NCBI GenBank assembly: GCA_029564765.1 | Contig: JAKQPK010000055.1 | Location: forward strand, 5,255-69,254 | Source of the DNA: Candidatus Omnitrophota bacterium | Lineage (GTDB): Bacteria > Omnitrophota > Gorgyraeia > Zapsychrales > Aceulaceae | Length of the DNA stretch: 64,000 nucleotides | Reading direction: 5' to 3' | Shown here: one piece after another, positions 1 through 10,004 of the stretch | Layout of the letters: each line of letters opens with the position of its first letter | Numbering within the stretch: the first letter of the stretch is position 1 | Notes under the pieces: model-generated | Told to the model about the DNA's origin: nothing | Databases searched by the model: none | The model's input: the letters and a program-made list of their open reading frames with translations, nothing else | Program-made: the position numbers and the translations under genes

Positions 1-1404
1 AAATATTTGATAATGCGAATGGCCGAATCCCCAAATGACAGAAGCGGCAAGGCAAGCCAGGAAGATGTTTTTGAATAATTTTTTTCCATATTCAATGCCA
101 AAAAGCCGATACAGTGTTTCTTCGCATATGCTCGCGCGAAAGGCCACGATCAGGATCGTGACAAACGGCAAGATCGCTGACGACGCCTGGGTAACGTGAG
201 GCCGTTCGATCCAGACACCCCAGTATGTCTGGCCGATATGAAAAATGACCGATTGCAGGCCAAGCAGGATAAGTGTGATGGCATACCCCAGCGCGATCAT
301 TGCGGCTGTATGGCGCGAAAAGAACGTTGACTGAAGATAGTGAGCAAATCCCCTGCAACGGCTGGTATTTTCTTGCGCGATGGCCTCCCCTGCCATGGCT
401 GGAACGACCATCATGATAGCCAAAAAGGATCCTGTCACCAGAAGCCCTAAGGATAATTCAGAAAAGTAGACCTTTAAGGAAGATGTTGTCGGGTAATCAT
501 AAAGCATGTCCTGGATATTATTGAACTGAAAGATGATCAACAGCGCGCATAAAAGTACGCCAGCAGCAACATAAAATGGCTGGGTTATCTGCAGAATGAG
601 GTTTTGGCGTTTTGTGACCAGCGTATAGGTCGCCGCGATGATCAGAAGATAGGAGAAAAAAGAGAAAATATTCGTTAATATTCTTCCAGATTGCTTGGCA
701 TTGGCGATGAACCGCTTGAAATCATCCGGGACGTCGAAGACGTTGGTGTCAAAGGAGAGAATATCATTTCCGGACGCGCGGATCTTGATTAGCAGTTTTC
801 CAGTGCCGGCGTTCTTTTCCCTGCTCCAGGGAATGCTGACATTGTCTTTTTGCCAGCTGAACGAATGATCAGCGCGGTTATCGTATTCTTTGGTCGTTTT
901 TTCTTTGAGCGTATAACCGTTTAAATCGGCATGAAGCTGTTGGGAAAGAAACTGTTGGGCCAAAGCATAGGATTTTTCCACGCTTGCTTCAGGCCGGTGC
1001 GCTGTGTCCTCGATCAGGTGAAGAAAGCCTGTGATCTTTCCCGTGGAAGCGCTCACGCTGATGCGGTATTCTTCCTTCTTTCCTTCCTGAAAAAAGCGTA
1101 CGCGCCAAGAAAAAAGATCGAACCGATGTCCAGCGATAAATTCTTGTTCGCCAGCGAACCCCAAAGTTTTTTGCAGATAGCGATCAGCAGCGCTCTCGCT
1201 TCCTAAGACGACCGCCTGCGTGTAGATCTCGGGGTCAATGGCGCGCTGTTGGCGCAGATAGTCTCGCGCGGTTTTAAGCGCATCTTTTCTGGAAATCTTA
1301 AGGTCGATGAAGGAAAAGCTTGGGTAGCTAAAGCGTATCCATGCCCCAATGCCTAGAAAAGCAAGGATGAGATACAAAAGCCATTTCTTGCGTTCTTGGG
1401 TCAT
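1..1404 (-). CDS. CPBP-family intramembrane protease (Abi/CAAX-protease-like) with large N-terminal extracytoplasmic domain; partial, C-terminus beyond left edge
   Basis: Manual minus-strand translation from the ATG at 1404 gives 468 codons with no stop, running off position 1, so it is absent from the ORF track. It starts MTQERKKWLLYLILAFLGIGAW (TM helix), then a ~250-aa soluble region, multiple TM helices, and ends ...EETLYRLFG...SVIWGFGHSHYQIF, the EExxxR / FxxxH motifs of CPBP proteases. No other ORF of 60 aa or more covers 360-930. Confidence 0.55.
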   Translation of the reverse strand, partial: MTQERKKWLLYLILAFLGIGAWIRFSYPSFSFIDLKISRKDALKTARDYLRQQRAIDPEIYTQAVVLGSESAADRYLQKTLGFAGEQEFIAGHRFDLFSWRVRFFQEGKKEEYRISVSASTGKITGFLHLIEDTAHRPEASVEKSYALAQQFLSQQLHADLNGYTLKEKTTKEYDNRADHSFSWQKDNVSIPWSREKNAGTGKLLIKIRASGNDILSFDTNVFDVPDDFKRFIANAKQSGRILTNIFSFFSYLLIIAATYTLVTKRQNLILQITQPFYVAAGVLLCALLIIFQFNNIQDMLYDYPTTSSLKVYFSELSLGLLVTGSFLAIMMVVPAMAGEAIAQENTSRCRGFAHYLQSTFFSRHTAAMIALGYAITLILLGLQSVIFHIGQTYWGVWIERPHVTQASSAILPFVTILIVAFRASICEETLYRLFGIEYGKKLFKNIFLACLAASVIWGFGHSHYQIF

Positions 1405-1421
1405 GGCAGTGGATGTCGGAG

Positions 1422-2090
1422 TTAAAATAAGTTTATAACCTCTGGCGGCAGACGCTGTAATTCTTGATTGCCTAGGATCTTGATCGCCCAGCGTAAAAGA
1501 TCGATCTTTTGCTGTAATCGTTCATCCGCGGGGACATCATCTCTGATCTTGCGACGAGAGAGAAAAAGCATTCTACGTAGTGCGTTAAAAACGATCCGGG
1601 CTTCTCGGCTTCTGTTCTGGCCGGACTTGATGACATCGTTGACGTACGCATACGAAAGCTCGTTGACGACCTTATTGTAGTGGTCCATACGGGAGAGAAG
1701 CGGAGGCATCATGGATTCAAAATATTTATAACGGTCCATTTTGCAAAGCGCGTGCCGGATCTCGATCTCCACAAAAACAGATGAGGTGCGGTCAAGGCGT
1801 CTTAAGAGCGCTTTTTCAAAAAAGATCTTTTCCCTGGAAAAGACCGTCTGCGAGAATTTTTGATTGAAGACACGCACAGCGGCCGCACTTCGAAAGGCCG
1901 ATAATGTGTCATCGTTGATCATGGCCAAGAGGACGTCTTTGGGCTCGTCAGCATATTGCGCGGCATATCCTTCCAGCAGCTGCTTGTCATCGAACATGGC
2001 AGATGGATTATCAGATTGAGCGTAAGACAGCGCGATCAAGGCTAATGATAAAAATAACGGGCAAAGAGAAAGGAATGTAATCTTTTTCAT
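1422..2090 (-). CDS. hypothetical secreted/periplasmic protein (signal peptide)
   Basis: 222-aa ORF; N-terminal signal peptide MKKITFLSLCPLFLSLALIALSYAQ; no recognisable domain; its start coincides with the nadC stop. Confidence 0.5.
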   Translation of the reverse strand: MKKITFLSLCPLFLSLALIALSYAQSDNPSAMFDDKQLLEGYAAQYADEPKDVLLAMINDDTLSAFRSAAAVRVFNQKFSQTVFSREKIFFEKALLRRLDRTSSVFVEIEIRHALCKMDRYKYFESMMPPLLSRMDHYNKVVNELSYAYVNDVIKSGQNRSREARIVFNALRRMLFLSRRKIRDDVPADERLQQKIDLLRWAIKILGNQELQRLPPEVINLF

Positions 2091-2947
2091 TAAATAACGA
2101 TCTCCATAGAAATATTGACGGATTTTTTAGTGTGTGTTAGTGCTCCAATCGAAATGCGTTCGATCCCGGTCTTTGCAAAAGAACGGATGTTATCGAGGTT
2201 GACCCCTCCTGAAACTTCGAGCATTGGCACGCGCTTTCTTCGATCCTTTTTTGTAAAATCGATGATCCTTTTGATCTGGCTCGGTGACATGTTGTCCAGC
2301 AGGATCAGGTCGGGATTGGCCTCCCAGGCCTCCTGAAAGTCCTGAAAGGTCTCCACCTCAACGCCAATAGGTTTTTTGGTCCGCTGCTTAGCTTTTTTCA
2401 TCATATCGACGATCGATAAATGCGAGATCAGATGATGGTTGTCTTTGATCAGGATCATGTCGTTTAAGTTCATGCGATGGTTAACGCCTTTGGCGCAGCG
2501 GATCGCGTATTTTTCAGCGACTCGAAAACCTGGTGTTGTTTTTCGCGTATCAACGATTTGCGCCTGGTAAGGACGCGCTTTCTTTAAGAAAGCAGTTGTG
2601 TTGGTCGCGATCGCGGATAAATGACTGATAAAATTAAGGGCGACCCTCTCCCCTATCAGGATGGTTCGCGTTTTTCCATTGATCTCAACGATGCGTTTGT
2701 TGGCCGGTATAATGTCGCCATCTTTAAAGGCGCAACAGACATTTATTTTAGGATCGAGCTTCTGAAAGACGCGCTTGACGATCTGAGCGCCAACGATGGT
2801 CGCCTTTTCATGAGTTACCATGTAGGCGCGAGATGTTTTTTGCTTTGGAACGAACAGTTCTGTGGTGATGTCACCTGCGCCGATGTCTTCGCGCAAGGCC
2901 AAGTCGATCAATCGCTCAATATCGGGATGCAGTTTTTTAGGGTCCAT
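2090..2947 (-). CDS. nadC: nicotinate-nucleotide pyrophosphorylase (quinolinate phosphoribosyltransferase)
   Basis: 285 aa; N-terminus LALREDIGAGDITT and overall NadC-like sequence. Confidence 0.9.
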   Translation of the reverse strand: MDPKKLHPDIERLIDLALREDIGAGDITTELFVPKQKTSRAYMVTHEKATIVGAQIVKRVFQKLDPKINVCCAFKDGDIIPANKRIVEINGKTRTILIGERVALNFISHLSAIATNTTAFLKKARPYQAQIVDTRKTTPGFRVAEKYAIRCAKGVNHRMNLNDMILIKDNHHLISHLSIVDMMKKAKQRTKKPIGVEVETFQDFQEAWEANPDLILLDNMSPSQIKRIIDFTKKDRRKRVPMLEVSGGVNLDNIRSFAKTGIERISIGALTHTKKSVNISMEIVI

Positions 2948-2952
2948 TCGTT

Positions 2953-5589
2953 CTATGCCAGGTCGCCAAGGGTTTTTTCAAGTTCGCTGATCTTGGCTGA
3001 CAGCTCGGCGAACCGTGTTTTTTCTTTTTCGACAACGTCTTTAGGCGCTTTTTTAAGAAAAGAGGTATCGTTTAGGCGCTTAGAAAGATTCTCGCATGAG
3101 TGGCGGCAATTTTCAATTTCTGTTTCAATTCTTTTTTGTTCTTTCTCGACATCGATCAGGCCTTTAAGAGGAATGAAGATCTTTATTTTTCCGCATAAGG
3201 CGGTTGCCATATCCTTTGTCTTTACAGGTGCCTGTGATAGTCGCAGATCGTTAATGCCTGCCAACGTTTCGAGGACGGAGAAATTGCTTTCAAAGAAACG
3301 GTATTCATTAGCCGAACATTGCAGGATGCAGCAGAGGTCCGCGCCGTTGTTGATATGCCATTGCGCGCGAATATTACGGATGGCAGCGATCACGGCGAAT
3401 AGCCCTTCCATGCTTTGTTCCATGGCCGGGTTCTTGATGCGATGATCAATCGTTGGCCAGTTCTGCAAGGAAAGGATCTTTTTATCGCTGGTCATATTAT
3501 GATAGATCTCTTCGCTGATAAACGGCATGAAAGGATGCACTAAGCGTAAGGATTGGTCAAGAATGTAAAGAGAAACGATTTGAACTTCTTTTTCATTGAA
3601 ACGAGATTTGACCATCTCGAGATACCAATCGCAGACATTTTTCCATATGAAGTCATAGACCAGTGTTTCAGCTTCGGAGAAACGAAATCTTTCGATCGCA
3701 GTCTCAACATCCTGAGTAGTCGTCTGCAGCTTGGAGAGGATCCACTGACATGCCAGTGGAAGGTCCTTGGTTTTTAGTTTTTTAAAATTTTTATGCAGGT
3801 CTAAAGTCGAGATATCCGTGGTGTTCATCAGGATCAATCGGGAAGCGTTCCAGATCTTGTTGGCAAAGTTGCGGCCGATCTCGAATTTTTCTTTCGCGAT
3901 AAAAAGGTCTTGGCCTGAATTGACGATCAGGCTGAAGCGCAGCGCGTCCGCGCCGTATTCCTGAATGATCTCCAGAGGGTCGAGGGCGTTGCCGAGCGAT
4001 TTAGACATTTTTCGTCCTTGCGCATCGCGGACAGTCCCATGGATGTACACATCAGAGAACGGGATCTTTTTCTGGAATTCCATACCGGCCATGATCATGC
4101 GGGCAACCCAGAAAAAAATGATCTCAGGGGCTGTGAACAGTACTGACGTCGGATAAAAATATTTTAAGTCCGCGCTTCTTTTTGGCCAGCCCAGCGTCGC
4201 GAAAGGCCAAAGCCAGGAGGAGAACCAAGTGTCCAGCACATCAGGGTCCTGTCGGAGGTCTTTGCCCCGGCAGCAAGGACAGTGTCCAGGTTTTTGGTCC
4301 GTGACGATAGGACGGTCTTCCCCGCAGGCCTTGCAATACCATACTGGAATGCGATGCCCCCACCAGATCTGCCTTGAGATGCACCAGTCGCGGATGTTTT
4401 CCATCCAGTTAAGATAGGTCTTGGTCCAGCGTTCTGGATAAAATTTGATCTGCCCATTTTTGACAACGCGGATCGCTGGCTTGGCAAGCGGTTTCATTTT
4501 GACGAACCATTGCCGTGAAAGATATGGCTCGACGACCGTATGGCATCGGTAGCAATGGCCTACCGCGTGAAGGTGTTCATCAATTCTTTCAAGAAGGTTT
4601 TCTTTTTGAAGGGCTTCGATAACGGCAGTACGAGCTTTGAAGCGGTCGAGGCCGTTAAACTGCTTGGCATTCTCGTTCATGCGACCATCTTCATGAAGGA
4701 TGTTGATAGTTTCGAGATCATGACGTTGGCCCATCTGAAAATCATTAGGATCGTGGGCAGGAGTGACCTTTACAGCACCCGTCCCGAATTGCGGGTCAAC
4801 AAAATCATCCGCGATGATGCGTATCTCACGGTTGACCAGCGGCAGGATCAAGATTTTGCCGATAAGTTTTTTGTATCGCGCATCCTTAGGGTTTACGGCA
4901 ACAGCTGTGTCCCCGAGCATGGTTTCGGGGCGGGTTGTCGCGACGATCACATGCTCGCTTGGATCATCCTTGAGCGGATAGCGAATATGATACAAAGCGC
5001 CTTGTGTTTCTTTATGTTCAGCTTCTTCATCCGAAAGGGCTGTGTGGCAACGAGGACACCAGTTGATGATGTAGCGGCCGCGATAGATCAACCCTTTTTT
5101 GTAAAGCCGAATAAAAACTGTATTGACCGCTTTACTGTAGGGCTCATCCATGGTAAAGCGTGTGCGGTCCCAGTCACATGAGGATCCGAGTTTCTTGAGT
5201 TGATGAATGATCGTATCGCCATACTGCTTTTTCCAATCCCAAAGGCGCTGCAGGAATTCTTCGCGAGAGAGATCATGGCGCGTTTTTCCCTCTTTTGCCA
5301 GTTGTTTTTCGACAACATTCTGCGTGGCGATCCCGGCGTGATCTGTTCCGGGCATCCAGAGCGCTTCAAACCCTTTCATGCGTTTATAGCGGATCAAGAT
5401 GTCTTGCAGGGTGTTGTTAAGCGCGTGACCCATGTGCAGGATCCCGGTCACGTTCGGCGGAGGGATAACGATCGCAAAAGGGTTTTTCTTGCGGTTTGCC
5501 TGTGCGTGAAAGACATGATCTTTTTCCCATAGATCACGTCGAGAATCTTCAACAGTCTGCGGATTGTAGCGCGAGGAGATCGTATTCAT
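2953..5589 (-). CDS. valS: valyl-tRNA synthetase
   Basis: 878 aa; class-I HMGHA (PPPNVTGILHMGHALNNTLQD) and KMSKS motifs; C-terminal coiled coil typical of ValRS. Confidence 0.95.
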   Translation of the reverse strand: MNTISSRYNPQTVEDSRRDLWEKDHVFHAQANRKKNPFAIVIPPPNVTGILHMGHALNNTLQDILIRYKRMKGFEALWMPGTDHAGIATQNVVEKQLAKEGKTRHDLSREEFLQRLWDWKKQYGDTIIHQLKKLGSSCDWDRTRFTMDEPYSKAVNTVFIRLYKKGLIYRGRYIINWCPRCHTALSDEEAEHKETQGALYHIRYPLKDDPSEHVIVATTRPETMLGDTAVAVNPKDARYKKLIGKILILPLVNREIRIIADDFVDPQFGTGAVKVTPAHDPNDFQMGQRHDLETINILHEDGRMNENAKQFNGLDRFKARTAVIEALQKENLLERIDEHLHAVGHCYRCHTVVEPYLSRQWFVKMKPLAKPAIRVVKNGQIKFYPERWTKTYLNWMENIRDWCISRQIWWGHRIPVWYCKACGEDRPIVTDQKPGHCPCCRGKDLRQDPDVLDTWFSSWLWPFATLGWPKRSADLKYFYPTSVLFTAPEIIFFWVARMIMAGMEFQKKIPFSDVYIHGTVRDAQGRKMSKSLGNALDPLEIIQEYGADALRFSLIVNSGQDLFIAKEKFEIGRNFANKIWNASRLILMNTTDISTLDLHKNFKKLKTKDLPLACQWILSKLQTTTQDVETAIERFRFSEAETLVYDFIWKNVCDWYLEMVKSRFNEKEVQIVSLYILDQSLRLVHPFMPFISEEIYHNMTSDKKILSLQNWPTIDHRIKNPAMEQSMEGLFAVIAAIRNIRAQWHINNGADLCCILQCSANEYRFFESNFSVLETLAGINDLRLSQAPVKTKDMATALCGKIKIFIPLKGLIDVEKEQKRIETEIENCRHSCENLSKRLNDTSFLKKAPKDVVEKEKTRFAELSAKISELEKTLGDLA

Positions 5590-5595
5590 GACAGG

Positions 5596-7164
5596 CTATT
5601 TCTTCGTATCTTTTAAGAGCTTGTATTCAACGCTGTCGATCAAAGCTTCCCAGCTGGCTTCAATGATGTTTTCATGCACGCCGACGGTCGTCCAGGCGTC
5701 AGTATCATCTTGGGATTCGATCAAAACGCGGACTTTCGCGGCCGTTGCGGCCTTGGAGTCGATCACGCGCACCTTGTAATCCGTCAAGCGCATATGCTGT
5801 AAATTCGGGTAGAATTTGGTCAGGACTTTACGTAGGGCGCGGTCTAAGGCGTCAACAGGGCCATCCCCGTCTGAAGCCCCATATTCTTCTTGACCGTTGA
5901 TCTTAAGGCGCACGGAGGCTTCCGCGAACATTTTGCCATCGTTGCGTTTTTCAGTTGTGACCTTGAAGCTTTCAAGATCAAAGAAAGGCTTGTATTTTTT
6001 TAGCTGCCTTTTGAGCAGGATCTCGAACGAGGCATCTGCCGCTTCGAACTGATAACCTTGAAGCTCTTTTTCCTGCAAAAGCTCTAAGAGTTTCTTTGCT
6101 TCTTCAGATTTTTTATCGATCTTGATATCGAGCTTTTGGGCTTTCATGATAATAGGCATTTTACCCGCGAGTTCCGACGTCAAAAATCGACGATGATTGC
6201 CGATCACCTTTGGATCGAGATGTTCGTACGCCAAAGGATTCTTGAGCATGGCATCAATATGCACACCGGCTTTATGCGCGAATGCGGAATGACCCACAAG
6301 CGCGTGATTGTCCGGTAGTTTGACGTTGCTGATCTCGCTGATGAAATACGCGGCCTCGGTCAGATTCTTAAGTTTCGACTCAGGGATCGCCTTAAAATGT
6401 GTTTTTGTATGCAAGATGCCAATGATCGTTGTCAGATCCGCGTTGCCGCAGCGTTCCCCTAGCCCATTGAAGGTGCCTTGCACCTGCGTGCAGCCGGCTT
6501 CAACAGCGGCTAAGCTGTTGGCGACCGCCAGATCGAGATCGTTATGGCAATGAATGCCCAAAGGTATTTTGATATGCAGCCGGACATCTTTAAGGATGTT
6601 TGCCACCTCTAGCGGCAAGGCGCCTCCATTGGTGTCGCAGAGGATAATAAAGTCGGCTTTGGCATTTTGAGCGGTGATGAGCGTTTGTAGCGCGTATTCG
6701 GCATTACGTTTATATGCGTCAAAGAAATGCTCTGCGTCATAGAAAACTTTCTTGCCGCTTTCTTTCAAAAAAGTGATCGAGCTTTCGATCATCGCGAGAT
6801 TTTCTTCGAGCGTTGTTTTTAGGACGTCTTTGACATGCAGGTCTGAACTTTTGCCGAAGATCGTGATAACGGCTGCTCCGGAATCCACTAGCTCTTTTAA
6901 GTTGTTGTCATCAGATGCTTGAATGTTCGCGCGTCGAGTCGATCCAAATGCGGTGACGACAGAATTCTTCATCTTTTTTGTCTGCATGATCTTGAAGAAT
7001 TCTTTGTCCTTTGGATTGGATCCGGGCCATCCTCCTTCGATATAGTGCACGCCAAGCTCGTCAAGTTTTTCAGCAATGCGCACTTTATCGTTAACAGAGA
7101 AAGAAACTCCCTCGCTTTGGGATCCGTCACGTAAGGTTGTATCGTAGATCAGAATAGAAGGCAT
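5596..7164 (-). CDS. cimA: (R)-citramalate synthase / 2-isopropylmalate synthase family (CimA-type)
   Basis: 522 aa; N-terminus LIYDTTLRDGSQSEGVSFSVNDKVRIAEKLDELGVHYIEGGWPGSNPKDKEFF is typical of the CimA branch of the LeuA family; HxH metal site; C-terminal regulatory domain. Confidence 0.8.
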   Translation of the reverse strand: MPSILIYDTTLRDGSQSEGVSFSVNDKVRIAEKLDELGVHYIEGGWPGSNPKDKEFFKIMQTKKMKNSVVTAFGSTRRANIQASDDNNLKELVDSGAAVITIFGKSSDLHVKDVLKTTLEENLAMIESSITFLKESGKKVFYDAEHFFDAYKRNAEYALQTLITAQNAKADFIILCDTNGGALPLEVANILKDVRLHIKIPLGIHCHNDLDLAVANSLAAVEAGCTQVQGTFNGLGERCGNADLTTIIGILHTKTHFKAIPESKLKNLTEAAYFISEISNVKLPDNHALVGHSAFAHKAGVHIDAMLKNPLAYEHLDPKVIGNHRRFLTSELAGKMPIIMKAQKLDIKIDKKSEEAKKLLELLQEKELQGYQFEAADASFEILLKRQLKKYKPFFDLESFKVTTEKRNDGKMFAEASVRLKINGQEEYGASDGDGPVDALDRALRKVLTKFYPNLQHMRLTDYKVRVIDSKAATAAKVRVLIESQDDTDAWTTVGVHENIIEASWEALIDSVEYKLLKDTKK

Positions 7165-8390
7165 TAGGCAACCTGATCAAGGTTGAACTTTTTATGCAAG
7201 ATCTGAACAGCTTTGTCAGCCAAGGCCTGATCGATGATACATGAGGTATTGATCTCAGACGTGGTGATCATTTCAATGTTGATCTTGCTGTCTGCGAGCG
7301 TCTGGAACATCTTGGCAGCGACACCGCAATGCGAACGCATGCCAGAGCCGATGATCGAAACGCGGGCGATATCCTTGTCGGCGACCACGTCCCCAAAATT
7401 CATTTGCTTAGAAAGACCTTTTACGGTTTTCAGCGTTTTTTCCAGGTCTTTCTTGGAAACGGTAAAGGAAATATCGGTATGCTTGGTGTAGCTGACGTTC
7501 TGAACGATCGTGTCAACATTGATGCCAGCTTTTGAGATCGCGGTAAAGATCTTTGCGGCGATCCCTGGCTTATCAGGAACATTGCGGATGGTCACTTTTG
7601 CTTCTGACTTGTTGCATGTGATGCCCCGTACGGCAACGCTTTCCATTTTTTCATTCTTTTGAACAATCATGGTCCCTTCCTCCTTCGAAAAACTTGATCG
7701 AACATGTAGTGGAATATTATATTTTTTTGCGACTTCAATCGAACGTGCTTGCATGACCTGAGCGCCTAAGGCTGCCATTTCAAGCATTTCTTCGTGCGTG
7801 ATGTGAGAGATCTTACGGGCTTCTTTCACGATGCGTGGATCGGTCGTGTAGATCCCCTCCACATCGGTATAGATCTCGCAGACATCAGCGTTGAGAGCTT
7901 TAGCGAGCGCGACCGCTGTCAGATCAGAACCGCCACGACCTAAGGTCGTGATCTCGTCATCTGAGGCGACACCTTGGAATCCCGCGACAATAACGATCTG
8001 GTTTTTCACGAGGGCTTTGCGGATGCGTTTGGCATCGATCTTGATAATTTTGGCTTTTGTATGAACCTTGTCGGTGCGAATGCCAACTTGGGCACCGGTT
8101 AGGGATACGGCATCGAATCCCAGCTTTTTTACTGCCATGGCAAGCAGTGCTGAAGACGCCTGCTCACCTGTCGCCATCAGCATATCCATTTCCCTGTCGG
8201 GGGGCGTTGGATCAATAGCGAACGCCAGCGCTTCTAGTTCATCTGTCGTATCGCCGAGGGCTGAGACAACAACGACCACGTCCTGATTGTGTTGTTTATA
8301 GCTAGCGATACGACTGGCAACGTTTTTGATCCTGTCAATATTGGCGACCGATGAGCCACCAAATTTTTGAACAATAAGTTTTTTAGTCAT
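7164..8390 (-). CDS. lysC: aspartate kinase
   Basis: 408 aa; KFGGSSV N-terminal kinase motif; two C-terminal ACT domains. Confidence 0.9.
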   Translation of the reverse strand: MTKKLIVQKFGGSSVANIDRIKNVASRIASYKQHNQDVVVVVSALGDTTDELEALAFAIDPTPPDREMDMLMATGEQASSALLAMAVKKLGFDAVSLTGAQVGIRTDKVHTKAKIIKIDAKRIRKALVKNQIVIVAGFQGVASDDEITTLGRGGSDLTAVALAKALNADVCEIYTDVEGIYTTDPRIVKEARKISHITHEEMLEMAALGAQVMQARSIEVAKKYNIPLHVRSSFSKEEGTMIVQKNEKMESVAVRGITCNKSEAKVTIRNVPDKPGIAAKIFTAISKAGINVDTIVQNVSYTKHTDISFTVSKKDLEKTLKTVKGLSKQMNFGDVVADKDIARVSIIGSGMRSHCGVAAKMFQTLADSKINIEMITTSEINTSCIIDQALADKAVQILHKKFNLDQVA

Positions 8391-9999
8391 TCCTTCTCCT
8401 GTGTTTAAAGAGCGTCAAAACCTCAACGAGCAGCAGTAGAGCTGCTATTATAAGAATTATAGAGATAATTACAAGTAAAAATTCTTGATTCCTCCACTGG
8501 CTTGGCACCTTGATCGCAAGGGCTGTCAACGCCGTGATCAGCATGAATGCCGCGGGTAAGAGCGCGTATAAAAGGCCGGTTTTTCGTTTCTGCAGGATCC
8601 AGCATGTGATGACAATGAGAGCTAACGCAGCGACTAACTGGTTCGACGCCCCAAAAAGGGGCCAGATCTTTTTCCACAGAGGAAGATGTGCTGTGTCTTT
8701 GGCCATTGCCAGCGCGCCTGCGCACACAATCACGATAAATGTTGAGAAGAACCTGTTCTTAATAAAAGAGATCTCTTCTGTGATGTAGCGGGCAATGCGG
8801 GTAGCAGAATCAAGCGTTGTTAATATAAAGGCGTTAAGAATAAAGAGCGCTAAAAAATTTCCCCAGGGGCCTAGAAAGGATTTGGTTATCTGGCCGAATC
8901 CTTGCCCAAAAAGTGTGATAGGGTTAGTGTTAGCGGATCGATGCAGATAAAATTCTGGGAGTGAAAAACTTGAAGCAAAGACGAGGATCACCAGCGTCGC
9001 TAGAAACCCTTCTGTGAGCATCCCGCCGAAGCCGATTTTTTTTGCATCGCGTTCACTGATGATCTGTTTCGATGTTGTCCCCGAAGAGATCAGCGAATGA
9101 AACCCAGAAATAGCGCCGCAGGCAACCGTAATGAACATCATGGGCCACAGAGATCCTTGCGCGCTGCCAGTCGATATGAACGCGGGAGTTTGTGTTACAG
9201 GTTGCGTCAAGAGGATCCCCGTAAGCCCCAAAATAATTCCTGCGAATAATAAAAAACTTGATAAATAATCCCGCGGCTGCAGCAGATAGTTAACAGGCAA
9301 AACAGACGCAAAGAAAGAATAGGCAAGCAAAAGAAAGATCCAGATATTCCGGCCATTTGTCGCAATGCTGATCGGAAAGATATTCCCTAGAAAAACAAGC
9401 CCTGCCAAGGCGCAGAGTCCCAAGAATGTGACCGGTACGAGAGGACCTTTGAAGCGATATAAAGCGATCCCCACGCAGATGGCCACGGGGATGAGCCCAA
9501 AGGAAGGGATAACGATCTGGGCTTGCTGGGAAAATGTATCTGCCGCTAGATAGGTAAAGACCGCAACGATCAAGACTAGTGTGAGCCACAGAAAAATAGA
9601 AAAGATCAGTTTCGCCTTGCGCGAGATCGCTGTTGCGGCAATGTCCCCTATCGATGATCCTTTTTCACGGACGGAGATCATGAGCGCTCCGTAGTCATGG
9701 ATGCTGCCTAAGAAAATAGATCCGACAACAACCCATGCTAATGTGGGTGCCCAACCCCAGATCAGGCATGCCATGATCGGCCCAACGATCGGGCCTGCTC
9801 CGGCAATCGAGGAAAAGTGATGACCAAAAAGGACTAGTGCGTTCTTTGCTGGTATATAATCTACCGTATCTGTTTGCGTTAAGGCAGGGGTTGGACGCTT
9901 TTCATCAACATTCCAGAGGGTGTCGAGAGTTCTTCCGTATATGCGGTACGCCAGATAGAATAGGCAGAAAACAATAACTATAATGGAAAAAGCATTCAT
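8383..9999 (-). CDS. cstA: carbon starvation protein A (peptide/pyruvate transporter family)
   Basis: 538 aa polytopic membrane protein with CstA-like N-terminus (FGHHFSSIAGAGPIVGP). Confidence 0.8.
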   Translation of the reverse strand: MNAFSIIVIVFCLFYLAYRIYGRTLDTLWNVDEKRPTPALTQTDTVDYIPAKNALVLFGHHFSSIAGAGPIVGPIMACLIWGWAPTLAWVVVGSIFLGSIHDYGALMISVREKGSSIGDIAATAISRKAKLIFSIFLWLTLVLIVAVFTYLAADTFSQQAQIVIPSFGLIPVAICVGIALYRFKGPLVPVTFLGLCALAGLVFLGNIFPISIATNGRNIWIFLLLAYSFFASVLPVNYLLQPRDYLSSFLLFAGIILGLTGILLTQPVTQTPAFISTGSAQGSLWPMMFITVACGAISGFHSLISSGTTSKQIISERDAKKIGFGGMLTEGFLATLVILVFASSFSLPEFYLHRSANTNPITLFGQGFGQITKSFLGPWGNFLALFILNAFILTTLDSATRIARYITEEISFIKNRFFSTFIVIVCAGALAMAKDTAHLPLWKKIWPLFGASNQLVAALALIVITCWILQKRKTGLLYALLPAAFMLITALTALAIKVPSQWRNQEFLLVIISIILIIAALLLLVEVLTLFKHRRRND

Positions 10000-10004
10000 T
10001 TGAT

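Noticed and set aside
92-358. 88-aa minus-strand ORF in the track at the left edge
   Set aside because: It lies in a different frame inside the much longer open frame (1..1404) that encodes the CPBP-family membrane protein; Cys/His/Arg-rich, noise-like composition.
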